A stretch of DNA of 57,868 nt, filler included, from Sphacelaria rigidula (taxonomy: Eukaryota), in assembly GCA_964200075.2 (NCBI GenBank). It is 3 parts of 3 records of this genome, joined end to end, with 100 filler letters (N's around TTAATTAATTAA, not from the genome) between each part and the next. Parts side by side here need not be neighbours in the genome. Positions count along the whole stretch, not along the records: positions 1 to 19,224 come from CAXNAA020000709.1; 2 more parts are not named here. The stretch is one strand, 5' to 3'. This document shows positions 1-13,892 of this stretch, piece after piece. Both the position numbers and the translations under genes were made by a program. Each line of letters begins with the position of its first letter. Positions within the stretch are counted from its first letter, which is position 1. The notes under the pieces were generated by a model. It saw only the letters and a program-made list of their open reading frames with translations, did not search any database and had not been told where the DNA came from.

Positions 1-531
1 CTAGAGGTCACACTGGGTATTGTAACATATTATTATGTACCCAAAATCTGAATACCTTTGGAAACGAAAGGGTTCGTTCTTTCAAAGTACGTCGACATGG
101 TTGAAATGACTCTTCTTACCCGAGGGATTGCGGCTTCCCCGTCCGCGCGCCAGGTATGAAAGAAGGACAGCATAGCGTTTGGGACCGCATGTGACGCCCA
201 CGGGGTAACACAGAGTTTCTCGTCTATGAAAATGCCCGTCTTCCTACCTGCAAACAGTTCGATGCCCGTTGGTTTCTGATAAGAACGTTAAATTGTCGAT
301 TTGTGATGATACTGTACTGATTGGCAGATGCCAATGCCAGGAAAGCTTCATGGTGCTTTTCGACACTATCTTCGAACGTTTGAACAGACCCGAAGCGGAC
401 ACTTTCCCTCCGGGAAGGAGAGTCATTCCAACCATGTCGATGTACTTTGAAAGAACGAACCCTTTCGTTTCCAAAGGTATTCAGATTTTGGGTACATAAT
501 AATATGTTACAATACCCAGTGTGACCTCTAG
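1..531. repeat. Long inverted repeat (foldback/MITE-like); arms 1-~125 and ~406-531
   Basis: The left arm ctagaggtcacactgggtattgtaacatattattatgtacccaaaatctgaatacc... is the near-perfect reverse complement of ...ggtattcagattttgggtacataataatatgttacaatacccagtgtgacctctag ending at 531. The left arm may extend beyond the window start. Confidence 0.85.
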
Positions 532-1338
532 GCAGACGCTCACAGACGGCAGGCAGTGAGTAGAGTAGATCAACGAAAGCTCCAGATCGCAGCTGACGCA
601 TCCCTCTGCACGACGCTAGCAACAGTTAGGTCACCACCGTAGGTATCTTTTTTCAGTCTGCATGTCAAGAAGATCTTCAGAAGTGTTTGATCTCTCGTGC
701 ACCCGCCCCCAACTGGCGTGTGGTCAAGCGGGGGGAGGTAGGGGAAGATCGACGATGAATAACACCCCCTAAGTTCATATTGGATCTATCTGGTTTTGCC
801 GCAGCACCGTCCTTGCGGGCATGTGTGTGACAGAAACAGTAGTAGCGGAGACGGGAATATTGCCCTGTTTTTCAACGACAGGTTTTTCAGCGCACAGAGG
901 CGCGTGCTGTCCAAAAAGAGAGCCAGAGAGAAAATGACCATCGCATCGGTGAGGTGCTCAGGCAAGACGACGAGACGAAATCTCTCCGCAGCTCGGTCTT
1001 CAGGCACTACATGGAAAATTGGGTACATGCTGTTAACATCGATGATGCCAGTCTCTCGAGCGATTGGTAACCGCCGAGCGAGGACACACAAAGGACACGG
1101 GCGAGGAGCTTCCTCTCTGTCGTTCCTCCTCTCTCTGGTGATATCGCCATCGACACTCGTGTACACCGCATTCATTGGGTGCACCTAGCCCGAACTGCCC
1201 ATCTTCTCCTACGGAGTTTTGGGGGAAAATATTTTCCTTGCGTGTTACTGCTTGGTATTTTCCCAACGAAAGCGATTTGCGGGTTGAACCCCACTTTTTA
1301 GTTCAACCCCACAAATTAGGATCCGCTGTTATATAGTG

Positions 1339-1587
1339 TTTGACGAAATAACGCCGTTCCGTTGAGTTGGTAGTGATGATCTGGATAATGACCGTTGGTG
1401 GTGATGATCTGGAAAACGACCGGGAACACATGGTTGATACCCTGGCGTGTCTAGGAGGTTGTGCCTACGAGGGCACTCCTGAAAAATGAGAATGTTGTGA
1501 AGGCTGACAACTGAAACTGAGGCCAGTAAGACTGGGGAGTCCCTCAACAGCAGTGATCTAGCAGCTCTCCCACTGGCTGGCGTCACA
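1339..1587 (+). repeat. 5' LTR
   Basis: Highly similar to 5405-5625 and ends in cgtcaca. It carries an extra internal copy of the gttggtRgtgatgatctgga motif. Confidence 0.9.
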
Positions 1588-1893
1588 ATATCGATATTAG
1601 TGCTGGTGCTGGTGTTAGTGCTAGAAACCTGCTGGAAAGGATTTCGGCGGAGAAATATGGTAGCTGTGTGAACCTGATAAACCACGGACGCGTGGAGAGG
1701 GTACCAGCTGAGGCAGCTGCAGAAAGGTGGCTGGCCTGTGATTGATCCCGACTGGAGACTTGCCGAAACTGCCTGCAGCGGGAGTTTGGAGGCTCCTACG
1801 ACTGTGTGGTGCGACGACGAAGCAAGGAGAGTGCAATTCGCGAAGGTCCGCTGGCCTGCAGCGGTTCGCAGATAGCCGGTTACAGCTGCAGCT

Positions 1894-2322
1894 ATGGCGA
1901 CACCCATGGTCATGCGGGAAGAGTTGCGACCTCCCCAGTATAGGGATATGTACTCAGAGAGTGCATCTCGCACTTTTATTACGAAGTACTTTGAGCACAA
2001 GAAGCGCGTGAAGCACGCTAACGCGGGTGGTGCTGTGCAACATCAGGTGGTGCTAATGGCTCAACAGGGCGCAACCAAATCACAATCACCCCGCCGCAAT
2101 TGGTTGCGCCGATCAAAAAGCATGCTGGACATGCGGCGGGCACTTGCCACTGTTGTGGCCAGGTCGGCCATTACGCGCGCGATTGCCCAACGTCTTCCGT
2201 TGGAGAGTCTGAGCAATCTCATGCTGCGTGCCATCAGCATCGTCAGCACAAGGGCGAAAGGTGAGGCAATCGTGGTGGCGGCGGCGAATGCTCCGGCGGT
2301 GGAGGATCGCAGTCGAGTCCTC

Positions 2323-2355
<33 letters not shown>

Positions 2356-5330
2356 GGCAGCATGGGTCTGGTTCTGGGTCCGGCGCCGCTGTTGGTGCTG
2401 CTGCTTTGCAACGGGCGGTGCAGGTGGGCCCGACTTCTACAGTGTCGAACACTGCGCTGGCGCCACCATCGGCGCCGGCGGCGACACCGGCAGCAGCGCC
2501 AGGCACGACGCCTGCTGGCGCGCTGGCCGGAGATTCGCCAAATTCTTGGTCTGCTGGCCGGGGGTCATACCCGCCGGCGGTGTCGTTTGAACCTGCCGGG
2601 ACGTCGTCGCCTGCGCAGTTTGCGCAGCCGTGGCGGCAAGTGGGAGTAGCGGCGCATCGGTCGGCGAAAAAATTGCCAGTGTGTCTCCTGTGTCAGCGGG
2701 AGCATGGAGCCATCGCGGTTCAAACTCAGTGGGATTCAGGCGGCCACTGGACGGGTCATGTGAGTCTGTCGGTACAGATTGTAGATATGTTGGAGGGTCT
2801 TCTCCCGGGTGTGCCGCTGCGCATTCCGTTTTTGCTCAGGGCGCAGCAGGCCGTCACCGCGTCGGGTCAGCATATTTACGTCACAGAGCGTACTGTTTCG
2901 GTCCAGCTGACTTTCACGACTTCCTGGGGGCCGGCGCAGTCACCTCCGATCTCGTTTGTGATCATGCCGGGGTCGGATGGCCTTATTCTTTTGGGTTTGC
3001 CGATGCTTCAGGATATTGGAGTCGACGCTCGGCGGTTGTGGGGCTCCATGAAGACGCGGATGTCTCTGCCTGGTCCACGCTTGGAGGCGCCCGCCGTTTT
3101 GGGCAGTCGTTGCGTGAGCTTGTCGGTCGATGCTTTTCAGGAGGCTGGAGTACAGGTGACCGAAGAGCGGGATGCGTCTGTGGAACGCTCGGTAGAGCGC
3201 GGCCCGGAGATGTTAATGATTCCGGTGGAAGAGGAGTTCGCTCGGAAGGTCGCGCTGGAGTAGAGCGTGACAGATGCTGGGGCGACAGGCCTCAGCGTCT
3301 CAGAAGCGGAATGCCTCCGCTGCATATTGCATTGCCGCGTCAACGCGTTTCATCGTGCGCTGCGGGGGGTTCCCCATGCGAGCGTGGAGCCCATGCATGT
3401 TCAGCTAAACCCTGGGGCGTCCGCGGCGGAGACGAAGCCGCGGCGGTACGATCCAGTGAAGTCGAGTTGAGTGGCGTCGTGCATGGCGGCTCTTTTGGCG
3501 CTCGGGTTGGTGTTACAGAATTTCAGGCGAGGTGGTCCAGTCCAGGTATGGCGCTTCCGAATAAGTCTGCATCGGGGACGGAGGGCAGGCTGTAGGCGTG
3601 GGCGGTAGCGAAGGATCTGGTGGCTCATGCCGTGACGCTGTTCCATCCTCGTCCTGATTGTCAGGCAGATGTTTATTTTTCCGGGCGCATCTGAGTACCA
3701 TTGGGGTAGTTTGGTCATGCAGGTGCCCACAGTCGAGAGTGAAATGTCTGTGCGCTCTGTGGCTGTGTATGGTCCGTGTGAACCTGATGACTCGATGCCG
3801 TCCAAATATGTTGTCCGCCAAGCGCAACGAAGAGACCTTGGGGCCGAAGATGCGGATATGCAATCTTCCGAGTCGGACGTTGGTACTGCTATCTTGGACA
3901 ATGAAGGTCTGTTTCGTGTGCATGTGCGTGGCCGAAGCGTTTTGTAATTTCCGAGTTCTGACATGCAGTTGCAGGTATGTCTGATGACTTGCGCGCACAT
4001 GCGCGACGCCGAGCATCGTGGTGTGCCTGCGACGCTCGTGCGCTTGCAAGAGTTTTGTGTCTGGCAGGGGATAGAAACTAATGTGCGCGAATTTTTCCGC
4101 CAGTGTCTTCACTGCGCTGGCTCGAGAGTGGGTGATGTCGTTCCCCGCCAGCTTGGCGGAACGGTCCATGGGACCACGCCGAATGAAGTCGTTCATTTTG
4201 ACTTCTTCGTGGGCGAGAGTGGCCCGCTAGCTTCCCAGGGTTTGCCGCAGGATGCTGGGTTTCGATACATTTTGGTAGTCATGGATGGCTCTGGAACTAG
4301 TGGCAGTGTGTACTGCCGAATCGACTACTGCATCTTTGCTGAGTTGGTGCAAAACTTTGGGGGTGCCGCGTGTGTGGGTGAGTGATACCGCCACGCATTT
4401 CAAGAGTAGGATCTTGGCCCGATTGCGAGAGGCTTTGCGCGTTGATCACCAGTTTGCGGTAGCATATTGTCCGTGGTCTAACGGTACGTGCGAATGCATG
4501 GTCAAGGAAGTAGTTCGTGCTCTCCGCTGTATTCTTCTCGAGCAGCGTAGAGCGGTTTCCGAGTGGGTGGGCGTGTTGCCGGCGGTGCAAAGGGCGCTCA
4601 ATACAGCGTATCGTCGTCGTTACGATAGTACACCGTACCACGTGATGTTTGGTCGTGCCCCTCGGACGTCTTTCTCGGTGCTGGCGTCTTCGTCGGCGGG
4701 GGAATGGAAGTGTAATGTTCTGGACGATGTTCAAACTAGAGTGCATTGCAACGAGCCTTGGACTTGCAAAAACGTTTCCACGTTCAAGTGCAGGAACGTG
4801 CTGCCGCTCAACGTGCGCGTAGACGTGAGGGGTCCTAGTCGGGGCTGGAATTGCCGAATTTTGAGGTAAGCGACTATGTCTTGTATGCACGCGCGCGTCG
4901 TCCGGGTGTTACGCCGAAGTTGACGGCAACGTGGGCTGGTCCATGGGGAGCGGCTGGTGCTCACCACCCGCACGTGTTTGAGATTCAGAACATTGTTTCG
5001 GATCGTGTTCAGACCGCCCATGTAGCTCGTTTGAGTTTTCACGCAGAGTCGCAGCTTAATGTTACGGCTGACGTTAAGGACGTATTCCAGCATGCTTTCA
5101 ATCAGGGGCAATTTCAGATGGCTGGTATTGTCCGAGTGGCAGAAGCAGATGATCGTTGGTTGATCTTGTTGACCGGCTGGATTGGTTTCGAAGTTAAAAT
5201 GTGTACATGTTAGCCTGTCAAGAATATCTTCGAGGCCGCTCCGGAATTTCTTACGAAGGAGTTGCGTAAATTGCGCGTGACTCGTGCCATTGCTGCTCGC
5301 ATTTCGAATGAGTTTGGTATGCAGTTGTGA
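1894..5330 (+). pseudogene. Frameshifted gag-pol remnant of the Gypsy element
   Basis: Zinc knuckle CHCCGQVGHYARDC (~2145-2186). Protease-like WDSGG and ILLGLPML. RT-leader-like KPRRY and WSSPGM. Integrase HHCC (HMRDAEH...CLHC), core VHFDF, WVSDTATHF and PWSNGTCE, GPY/F-like WAGPW, and chromodomain-like GWIGFE. Many stops and frameshifts, and no YxDD motif seen. Confidence 0.85.
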
Positions 5331-5404
5331 CTTCCTCGTCGTTTTTGCGTTTACTATGTGTCAAGTTTGTTGATCGATTTTCGTCCAATGCGCTTTGGGG
5401 GTGC

Positions 5405-5625
5405 TGTGACGAAATAACGCCGTTACGTTGAGTTGGTAGTGATGATCTGAGTAATGACCGGGGACACTAGATTGATACCCTGGCGTGTCTAGAAAGTTGT
5501 GCCTATGAGGGCACTCCTGAAAAATGAAAATGTTGTGAAGGCTGACAACTGAAACTGAGGCCAGTAAGACTGGGGAGTCCCTCAACAGCAGTGATCCAGC
5601 AGCTCTTCCACTGGCTGGCGTCACA
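5405..5625 (+). repeat. 3' LTR
   Basis: TG...CA ends with a 7-bp terminal inverted repeat tgtgacg/cgtcaca, preceded by the G-rich tract tttgggggtgc. Confidence 0.9.
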
Positions 5626-8349
5626 AATGCATTCCGCGTCTCTGTGACGTATTCAGTACAGTCTTGAATATCATGTGCACCATATCTCAACGTAACGAAT
5701 TATTAGGTGAAGGTGAGGCTGTCTATCGCTCCCCCGTGCTCCAGGCAATGTTTCCACCAAAAACATCATCCGCTCTACATGTCGTTTGAGTTTCTTACTG
5801 AATTTAGTATGCCCCTTAACCCCGTGCGGTAACGGAATTACTCGACATGGCGTGTGATGACGATGATGTTTGTTCGGTTTCGGACCATTTATCCAACAAC
5901 GAACTCTTCGGAATGCTAACCCTTTTACCTCGATAGTTCATGTGGGTCACGCAGTAACTCTTCAAGTAAAAATTATGCCGATGCCACTCGATAGATACCT
6001 CCGGCGCTGAATGTGGAATCGGCATTTTTTTCGCTTTCCCAGGGGGGAAAAATGTGCTGAAAAGCCCGCAATCAAATGCGAGACTCTCAATCCAGCGAAA
6101 AAGTTGTAGTATCTAGTGACAAAAGGTCATGTTTGGTGCTGTTCCGTAATGTGCTGAACTTCTTGCGCTATTATTGCAAACTCCAACATGATTCGTTCAT
6201 CACCGAAAAATAGATGACTGCATCGCTGGAAAGATCTCGTCCAGATCTTCCGACAGATCTGCTCCTCGACAGTACTGTATGTCGGCTTATGCGTCTCGGT
6301 AACCCGTTGGGACAGCGTGAAAACGTGATTCCTCGACGCTGACGGGAATCTTCCCCTTCTATATGGTGGTACCCACATCAACCCCTCCTTCATGAGCCTC
6401 TTCCCACGTTCTGTAAACTAGAAGAGCCTTGAAGGGGTAACCTTTGTCGCTGGCTAGCGGTGAGGATGTATACTTTGTTTCACATGTATTCAACGTGTGT
6501 TGGATTGCCAAGCCATTAGTCTCCGCACAAAACTGTCCAGTAAGACAGTGCACTCACTCTGCGTCGAAGGGATCGCACCAGTTTCCCTCTCCCCCACCAT
6601 TTATACCTCTTCATACGAAAACGGGCGATGGCACTTTTGTTTTTCGCCGCTCCGGGTGGTAGCCGGGATCTGAACCCGGCACCTTCTGCCCATGGAGCGT
6701 ATGAGTCATCTCTTGGGGTTGCCAAAATATGAAAAGGTGACTTCCTCAACAGTCGCGTACGGGAATTCTTCCCTTCCATGTGGTGGTATCCCAATGGGAA
6801 AAAGTTGCCAGAGAGGGCGTGCAACAAAGATAAGGGAAAGGGTGAAAATGTACTGATGTCTAGACAAGTGGCACTCGTTTTCCGAGCACACGCGAGAAAT
6901 CAAGCACCTTCTTCCAACGTCGACCCGTCCGTGCGTCACCTCTTACCTCAAAGCGAACACATGGGGTACTTTTCCTCCAAGCGAACATATGGGGTACTTA
7001 GTTCGTAAAATAATATCTATACCTCATACACGCGGTTGTCCATCCAACGACGAACGCCGGAGGGGCGCTCTTACAACCCCCTCCCCCTAAAAAAACTCCC
7101 CCACCGTCAGAGAATATATATAAGAAGGTTTCTCAACCGCATCTGTATCGGCGGTGTGTTAGCAGGTGGTTCCCGAAGTCAAACATGGAACTGGTACATG
7201 ATCGGTCCATTTGCACGTCCTCAACAGAGGAGACTCCTCCTGCGACGTCTTTCACCCTCGATCCCCCGTAACAACTCATTGACCATAGTTTTCGGCAGGC
7301 CGCAACCTTCCTTTTTCATGGCCCATATCGAACTAGCAATAACATACTTTCATGTTACAACTTCTGTTTTCCTCCTCAGGACAAGCTACAAAGTATAAAT
7401 CAGTAGACAACCGCGGCCTCATTCCGCGAGGAAAGTTCATGTATACCCGCCTCCGATTCGAGCACCGTCGCACACAAGGCAACTCGACCTGTAGTGCTGT
7501 GCCGCTGAATGCCCCTCCACTGAAAAACGATCACCATCCAACCGCGCGTAACGTGGCCATCGTGACGAGAGGTTTTCCCTCTCTGCGCTACAAAACAAGC
7601 GCCACAATGACAAACGCACGGCCGCGCAAAACACTTGACGGCACCGCTCATTTTCGGCCACCAACAGCATAATAAAAAGAACTAAAATATACAAGACAGT
7701 GGTGAAACACAACACTGAGAATCCGAAACTCCAACAGATGTAGTCTTCCCCGCGCATCAACACTACTCGACAGCCACCACAAATGTAGCGCAACCTAGCG
7801 CACCCCGTCACCCACACACCTACACCACCGATTACCTCCACCTCTGTGGCCCCAATACAGGATTGCGGCCAAATCAAAGACGAAGAACAAGGTTATTCCT
7901 GAGAAAAATCGAAAATCATCTCATTTTTGCCCCCTTTGTTCCGCCCGTTAAATCAATCCGCCGTTCACGCGTAGAGCGTACGAGAGTAGGAGTGCAAATC
8001 GTGCACTCCACCCTCTTTTTGGGCGGATGGCGATCGGATCTCGAAGCGAATAGCACCGTCGTACACCTCGGCGTGCGCATCTGCGAGTGATTTCACCCCC
8101 ATATCCTGCAGAATAGAGAGAAAGAAACGACATGTACACGATCCATGTGGGCAGGAAGGTGGGTAACGGGTAAGGCCGTTGGTTATTCAACGACCGAGCC
8201 GATGTACAAAAAAGAAGGAAAACTAATTTGACACGCGATGCGTCTACCCCGCAAAAACCACATGCTCCGCACATGAACGAAAGGCCTTTCGGGTTCGTAG
8301 ACTTGATGTTGCCCTTTTGATCGAAGAACCACGCGTACAGTAGTGGGCG

Positions 8350-8860
8350 GTCTAACTATTTAGGGGTGTTTTGGGATTTTCCTCGCGTACTACTCTTCGA
8401 TAGAGGTCAAAGTTGCCAGCGTCGGTAGATTTTGGTACAACAAAGCAGACCATCCTCGAAAAACAGTGCCCGAGTCAGTGTATGTTGATCTTATCGGGCG
8501 AAACGAGTAAGTACCCCGTTCACCAGGAGGGTGTTTTTGATCGTGAAACACAGTTTTTCAGCCCTAGTGCAATGAGTAGGCAAAATTTCAAAAAATTGAA
8601 ACTGTACATTTGTTGACATATGATCAGGATGGGCTCGATCGACCGAAAATACAGAAGAGTAAAAATCGGGGCTGACACGTTGCAGGACCCCCGATGACCG
8701 GTCAGCCCGAAAGTCACTCAATATTGAGCACAGATTACTTCTTCTTCCTGGAATGTGGAGCAGATACAAATATCTTCAGATCCCCGATGTGATGAGCGGT
8801 GGAAAGCGAAAAAAGTCCAAGAAAATCGCCAATTATGAAAAAATCACAAAATGCCACAAA
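8350..8860 (+). repeat. Dispersed repeat related to the interior of the 22028-22923 MITE
   Basis: Shared motifs caggagggtgt..tgaYcgt, ttgcaggacccccgatgaccggtcagcc and gtgatgagYggtgg also occur at ~22530-22850 and ~35290. Boundaries are approximate. Confidence 0.6.
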
Positions 8861-10082
8861 TGGAAGAGTTAGACCGCCCATTAATGTAGAGTTTTCATGT
8901 CTCGGTCCCCAGAGGTAGAATGTCTTCCCTTTTAGCTTTAGCTGAGTGCCCGAATAACACCGCTGTAGCCGAGGGAGGAAATGATCACACCTCTCTCCGA
9001 CTCGACTAGCCTACTGATGACCCGGGCCTGTCAACCCTAGGATCGAAGACAACCCGGAAAAGGTCATCTTCCAGTCTCCCGCATGGGCTATGGTCATGCT
9101 CCACATTTTGGGTGCGGCACCGCCAAAGTCCGGGCCACACGTTTACTCTTCCCGGCCCCTGTCCTGTGGCAAGACCCTTCGACTACCAGCGCACATCGCG
9201 TATCCACATTCCCGGGTAAGATATGCCATACCCGCTGTGACGAGTCACCTATCTAAAGGCGTCAAATTTGAGAGGGACTCGCTACATCGGGTACGAGCTA
9301 CCTCAACCAGGACTGAGGGTACACAGCAACCTAGCTTTTCACTCAGTACTAGACATATAGAGCGTGTGGAATGTGCGCCCGGGGGTGCCGTGATGCTGCA
9401 CCCGAATGAGGAGCATGACCATACTCGTAGCTCCACCGGGAGATTGGAGGATGACGTTCCTGGGGTGATCAGGTCCGGGTCATCCGTACGCGGATCGAGT
9501 GATGGAGTGGTCGTGATCACATTGAAACTGACAACAAAGCTGAGGACAGGTTCGATTGGGGCACATGATTAGTTTTATTTGCGCTTCAGGTCCGTCAGGT
9601 TCTTGATGTGTTCAACCTCCCTGTTATTTTGACAGCAAGCCGCCGCTACAGTTACACCCGCTCTTCAATTTTGATCGGTACAAACTGGTCACACTACTTC
9701 AGACAAAAAAAGCGTCTCCACCGATTCTTCATTGGAGGTGTGAGATAATTCCTCAAATTTTCAAAGGGCATCATTAGTGTGTTTTTTAATTATTATTTGA
9801 AGATACGTCCACTTGAGAGCTCCTCCAGAATAATATCCACATCTTGAGAGTAAGTATGGGGGGAAAACAAAACACACACACACACAAGTGATGCTCTTCA
9901 AATTATCGTTGCGTCCCTCTCCTCAACATGCCAGGTCCCGACTGTCAAACCTCGAATGAACATTCGAATACATGTTGATTCCCAAGGGAGCGGATCCCTC
10001 ATACATCATTGCGAATATATCCCCCCAGTGTTTGTTTTGCCCGTACCTTTTGGAGGGCGGCGAGTTAGGAGCCGGAACAGCT

Positions 10083-10341
10083 CACACATCGGACAGATCA
10101 TGAGCTACGTGAAAATTACTGCTCCTCAGTGCACTGATCCGGATCATGAGCTAACTCATTTGGCCTTTTTTCCCCCATATCTACTCCCTACAGCGCTGGA
10201 AGCCGAGCACGCGGAGTAGGGCAGAGGTAGCGCTTTGACTTCTCGGACCCTGCTGTCACGTATTCGGTGGTTTTGGACAAGGGGTCTGAGAGTCCTCGTC
10301 GATTAGCCATTCTAGGTAGCTCTTGAGCTGTCCGACATGTG
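10083..10341. mobile_element. ~260-bp MITE with CACAC...GTGTG-type TIRs
   Basis: TIRs cacacatcggacagatcatgagctac / gtagctcttgagctgtccgacatgtg. The interior is the reverse complement of the copy at 51295-51551. Confidence 0.75.
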
Positions 10342-12819
10342 AAAGGAGTTACCATCCTTGTCTTGACAGCTACACGCATACCCATTTTTCTCAATCATGC
10401 AAGACCTCGCGCATCTCAGTCTTGCACTAAACCGCCACCGAAGGAACCTCCATGGGCAAGAAGGCCCTTCTAAGGCGCGCCTCAAGTCGTGCCCAAGTAT
10501 AGTTTCCACATAGGAGCGTGCTCAAGTCGCCAACTCGTCCCTTGGCACGTCTAATGGATACCTAAATCGCGCCCGGCTATATGTGCATATGCACGACTGA
10601 ACAGACGCACTATTACTACAGCTCACTTCTAACGGCTACTGGGACGGCTGTAGCTGCAAACGCGATATTCGCAAACAGTGGTAGCAGACCCACAACGGCA
10701 AGAATGCATCATGCATTCCAGCAGAGTTCAGAGCATAAATACGGGATTTCACAAATTGCGGGTGGATTTGCGTTTGAGGATGGGCCCTGGAGTAGTGTTG
10801 AATATCGTATCGAAATATCGTTGTCGTTATCGTACCGGAAACATTTCGATAAAACGATAAAACGTGCAGCGTGACTATTGGTTGTGTCGAATCTGGACAC
10901 GTTCTCTCTTAGGCTAGGAGACATTGATTAGGCCAACCACGATGGAAATCTAAAATGGAGCCATGTATCCCAATTTTCTCGCCTCCGGCGGCGCCCAAGT
11001 GTTCCGAAACAAGACAGCAATTGCAGACACAGCTCGACAACAGCAGCTTTTTTCTTGCCGAATATTCATCAATACTCATTTCGCGTCATCTCTACACTGC
11101 TAGATGGCGCTCAGCTCCTTCACCATTTCACAAGGTCGAGTAACAACACGTCTGCGGCGCCTGCACCGTGCAAACGTTTTGACGACAGAACGACCCCGAC
11201 AATCATCACAGCGGCAATGGCGATGTTCCTAGTTCCGCAGACACTGCTGCTGCTGCGTCTGCATCCAGCACCAGCCCCACAGAACTTGCAGCAGGCACCA
11301 CAACAGCTGCAGCGGACCCCGCACCATCGGCGGGAATGACGGGGCAGGTTCTCGGAAACTACGTCTCCTGGCACTGAGGCGGCGCACTCGTGTGTTTTGC
11401 GTTCCGTTTGGAATAGTATCTTCATGTGTTTGCATATTGATTACACATGCTTGGATGACTTATCCTGTCTGAAAGCCCCTGGTCATGGTCAATATTGCAA
11501 TCGATCGTCAATTCTACACCTTGGAATGGTGGGTGGGGCATCACTTGCGAATACTTCATACCCTGGACAATATATGGTCAACAGATGCAATAGATGAGAA
11601 GTGTACTGCATTAAGTACAGGCCCTTTGCAACTATTGCCGGCCGACAACAGTCGCAATAGACCTACGCTTCATGCAGTACGTTTCTCGTCTGTTACAACT
11701 ATTGACCATATATTGTTCAAGGTGTGGAAAAGTTACAATAGGCCTATACTTCACGCAGTACATTTTTGGTCAATTGCGACATTTGACCATATATCGTCCG
11801 CAGTGTCAAGTCCTTGCTACCGAAATACCTGGGAGGGTCAACTCCAAACGAAATGTATCAATCAGACGCCAACTACTCTTGTGTACACACAGGGATCATA
11901 CATTGGTCGGTACCCGAAGTCCAACCTGTCTGACAGGCGACAGGAGGCACTCGTCGACAAGGAGAGTACAGTCTTTTTTTGTTGCCGCATATTTTCCTAC
12001 AAGTCACGGCATAGCGCAACGTATATCCATGTCTAAGGTGTTACGAATTGGAGGAAGTTCCTTCATCCTCTTCGGCTCCGAAACCAACCGGCCGAAGACC
12101 TCAGCTCATCGCGGGTCATATCAAAGCATACTTGAGCAACACTTTCCCTTCTGCAGGAAAGTCTAGGGGATTTTCCAGGCAAGCTTTTGCATACCACGAC
12201 AAATCTCGGACATGTTGAGGAAACTCACACCAGCTAAGGCACGTTCTAGGCTTGCAAAGGCTCCCACACAAACCAAGGCACATCTTAGGCGTGCAAAGGA
12301 AAGTTCTCGGCGGCCTCAGACACAAAAAGAGGGCTTGGGCAACGTGCCTTGAATTACATGAGCCCAAACCTTCTTTTTTTGTCGTTTTCACCGAATGCCC
12401 CAATCCTCCCTAACTTTCACACGCGAGTGCCGAGGAAAATCACGCCTGGACGGGCACCAGGCCCTATTCGGTATCCGTTCATAGTGTGAAATGATGAAAA
12501 GTGCCTACATGGGCGATCAGGGCGCGCGGCGCATCCCGGTTTTGCTCTACGGTTGCACACACCACTTCGCTGTTGCCCCGTTCATTCGCCCCCAAGACGA
12601 TTTTTTTCATCCAAAAAATGAGACCAGCCCGTTCGGCCGAAACAACACACACCAAGTGAAAATATGCAGATGTGCACGTATTATACATGAAACAAACGAA
12701 CAAAAAGTCACAACATGGCGTCAGTTTGCGTACCCTTCAAAAACACGTTTTGGGAAACGGTCCGCACTTTCGTGTCAAAAGCCTACTCGGCACGGCTATT
12801 CTCCTCAACCGTTGACTTT

Positions 12820-13254
12820 TAGAACTGTCGGGTACCGGTATGAAAGTCTCACAGAAATTACAGGACTTGTCGAGTACAGTATGGGAGGCGTACAGAAAAC
12901 CGGGACCGGCGATCGGGTAACTCTTTGAAGACATACCTGACTCTCGCGTTAAGGTGAAATTTTTGTAGAGAAGTCACATAACTGTCGGGTAATGGTATGG
13001 GAGGCTTATAAAACTCACATATATCGTCGGGTAGGGTATGGAGGTTGCGCAGAAAACCGTACCCGCAAACGGGTATCTTATGAAGAGCATACCCGTACCC
13101 CCCGGTAACGGTGCGTGAGGCTCGCAGAATTCACAGAAACTGTCGGGTACGGGTATGAACATCTCACAGAAGTCACAAAACTGTCGGGTACGGTAAATAC
13201 CCGTCAAAATATCCCGGGTATACAGAAAACCGTCCCCTACAGAACACGACCTTG
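12820..13254 (+). repeat. Interspersed element built of repeated cagaactgtcgggta motifs (copy 1)
   Basis: Recurrent agaactgtcgggtac and cagaaaaccgtacc motifs. It is colinear with 13893-14385, and both end in cagaaaaccgt..ccctac..aacac...cttgg. Confidence 0.7.
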
Positions 13255-13892
13255 GCATTATCATCACTCCTGTGGTGGGACGTACGTCACTACAACAGTG
13301 GCGAGATATAGATGACAGTTCACGTAAACTCTGAACAGCTTCACGGGGTCGATTGAGAAAGTCTACACGAACAATCGCAGTAGTACATGTGCACGGGATC
13401 GTCAACATCAATCGACTTCACGTACACTATCAGAGAGTACATGAAGGAGCATTCACGGCTACCCGTTCTCTGGAAGTCCTTCGGCACGCGACAAAATCGC
13501 CGACGGCCTTGACGACTTTCGATGGCAGCTCAGACTCTTGTGCTGTACATGTCGATAACGGCCTGGGGTTTGATGACCACGATACAACCACCATCAACGT
13601 CGATGACGTGCGTCTTGCTACTTGATCCTCTGGTGGCGCAGATGTGTCACCCCCGCTCGAGCCACAACTCGACTCTGGGGTGATCCATCCTGACAACCTA
13701 CAGGGCTGCTCATGTTTCGTGTTTACATTCAGCGGTAACTCGTATCCCGTCAGATCCCAAACTCAATAACTTTTCAACATTGAATCATTGTTGGTGTGCA
13801 GTTTTGAATGGAGGCGTTGGGTGGGTTGATCGATGGAGGTACACGTTCAGGTCATGAGGTTGTGTTTAGATCGAACCTTTATCCGTACCTCC

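Larger units (their letters stand above)
1339..5625 (+). mobile_element. Degenerate Ty3/Gypsy LTR retrotransposon with chromodomain-like integrase tail; RT/RNase H largely deleted
   Basis: Direct LTRs at 1339-1587 and 5405-5625 with ends tgtgacg...cgtcaca (the left LTR starts tttgacg). Flanks agtg/aatg may be a 4-bp TSD with one mismatch. Domain order is gag CCHC, protease, RT start, integrase, chromodomain, as in Gypsy. Confidence 0.92.

Noticed and set aside
5800-7010. Coding-looking fragments (also 37250-38400 and 53800-54700)
   Set aside because: Many stops and no motif I can assign. They are probably decayed TE or viral DNA, and an HMM search would be needed.
11055-11435. GC-rich, low-complexity overlapping ORFs
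   Set aside because: No recognisable domain and no consistent splice partners.
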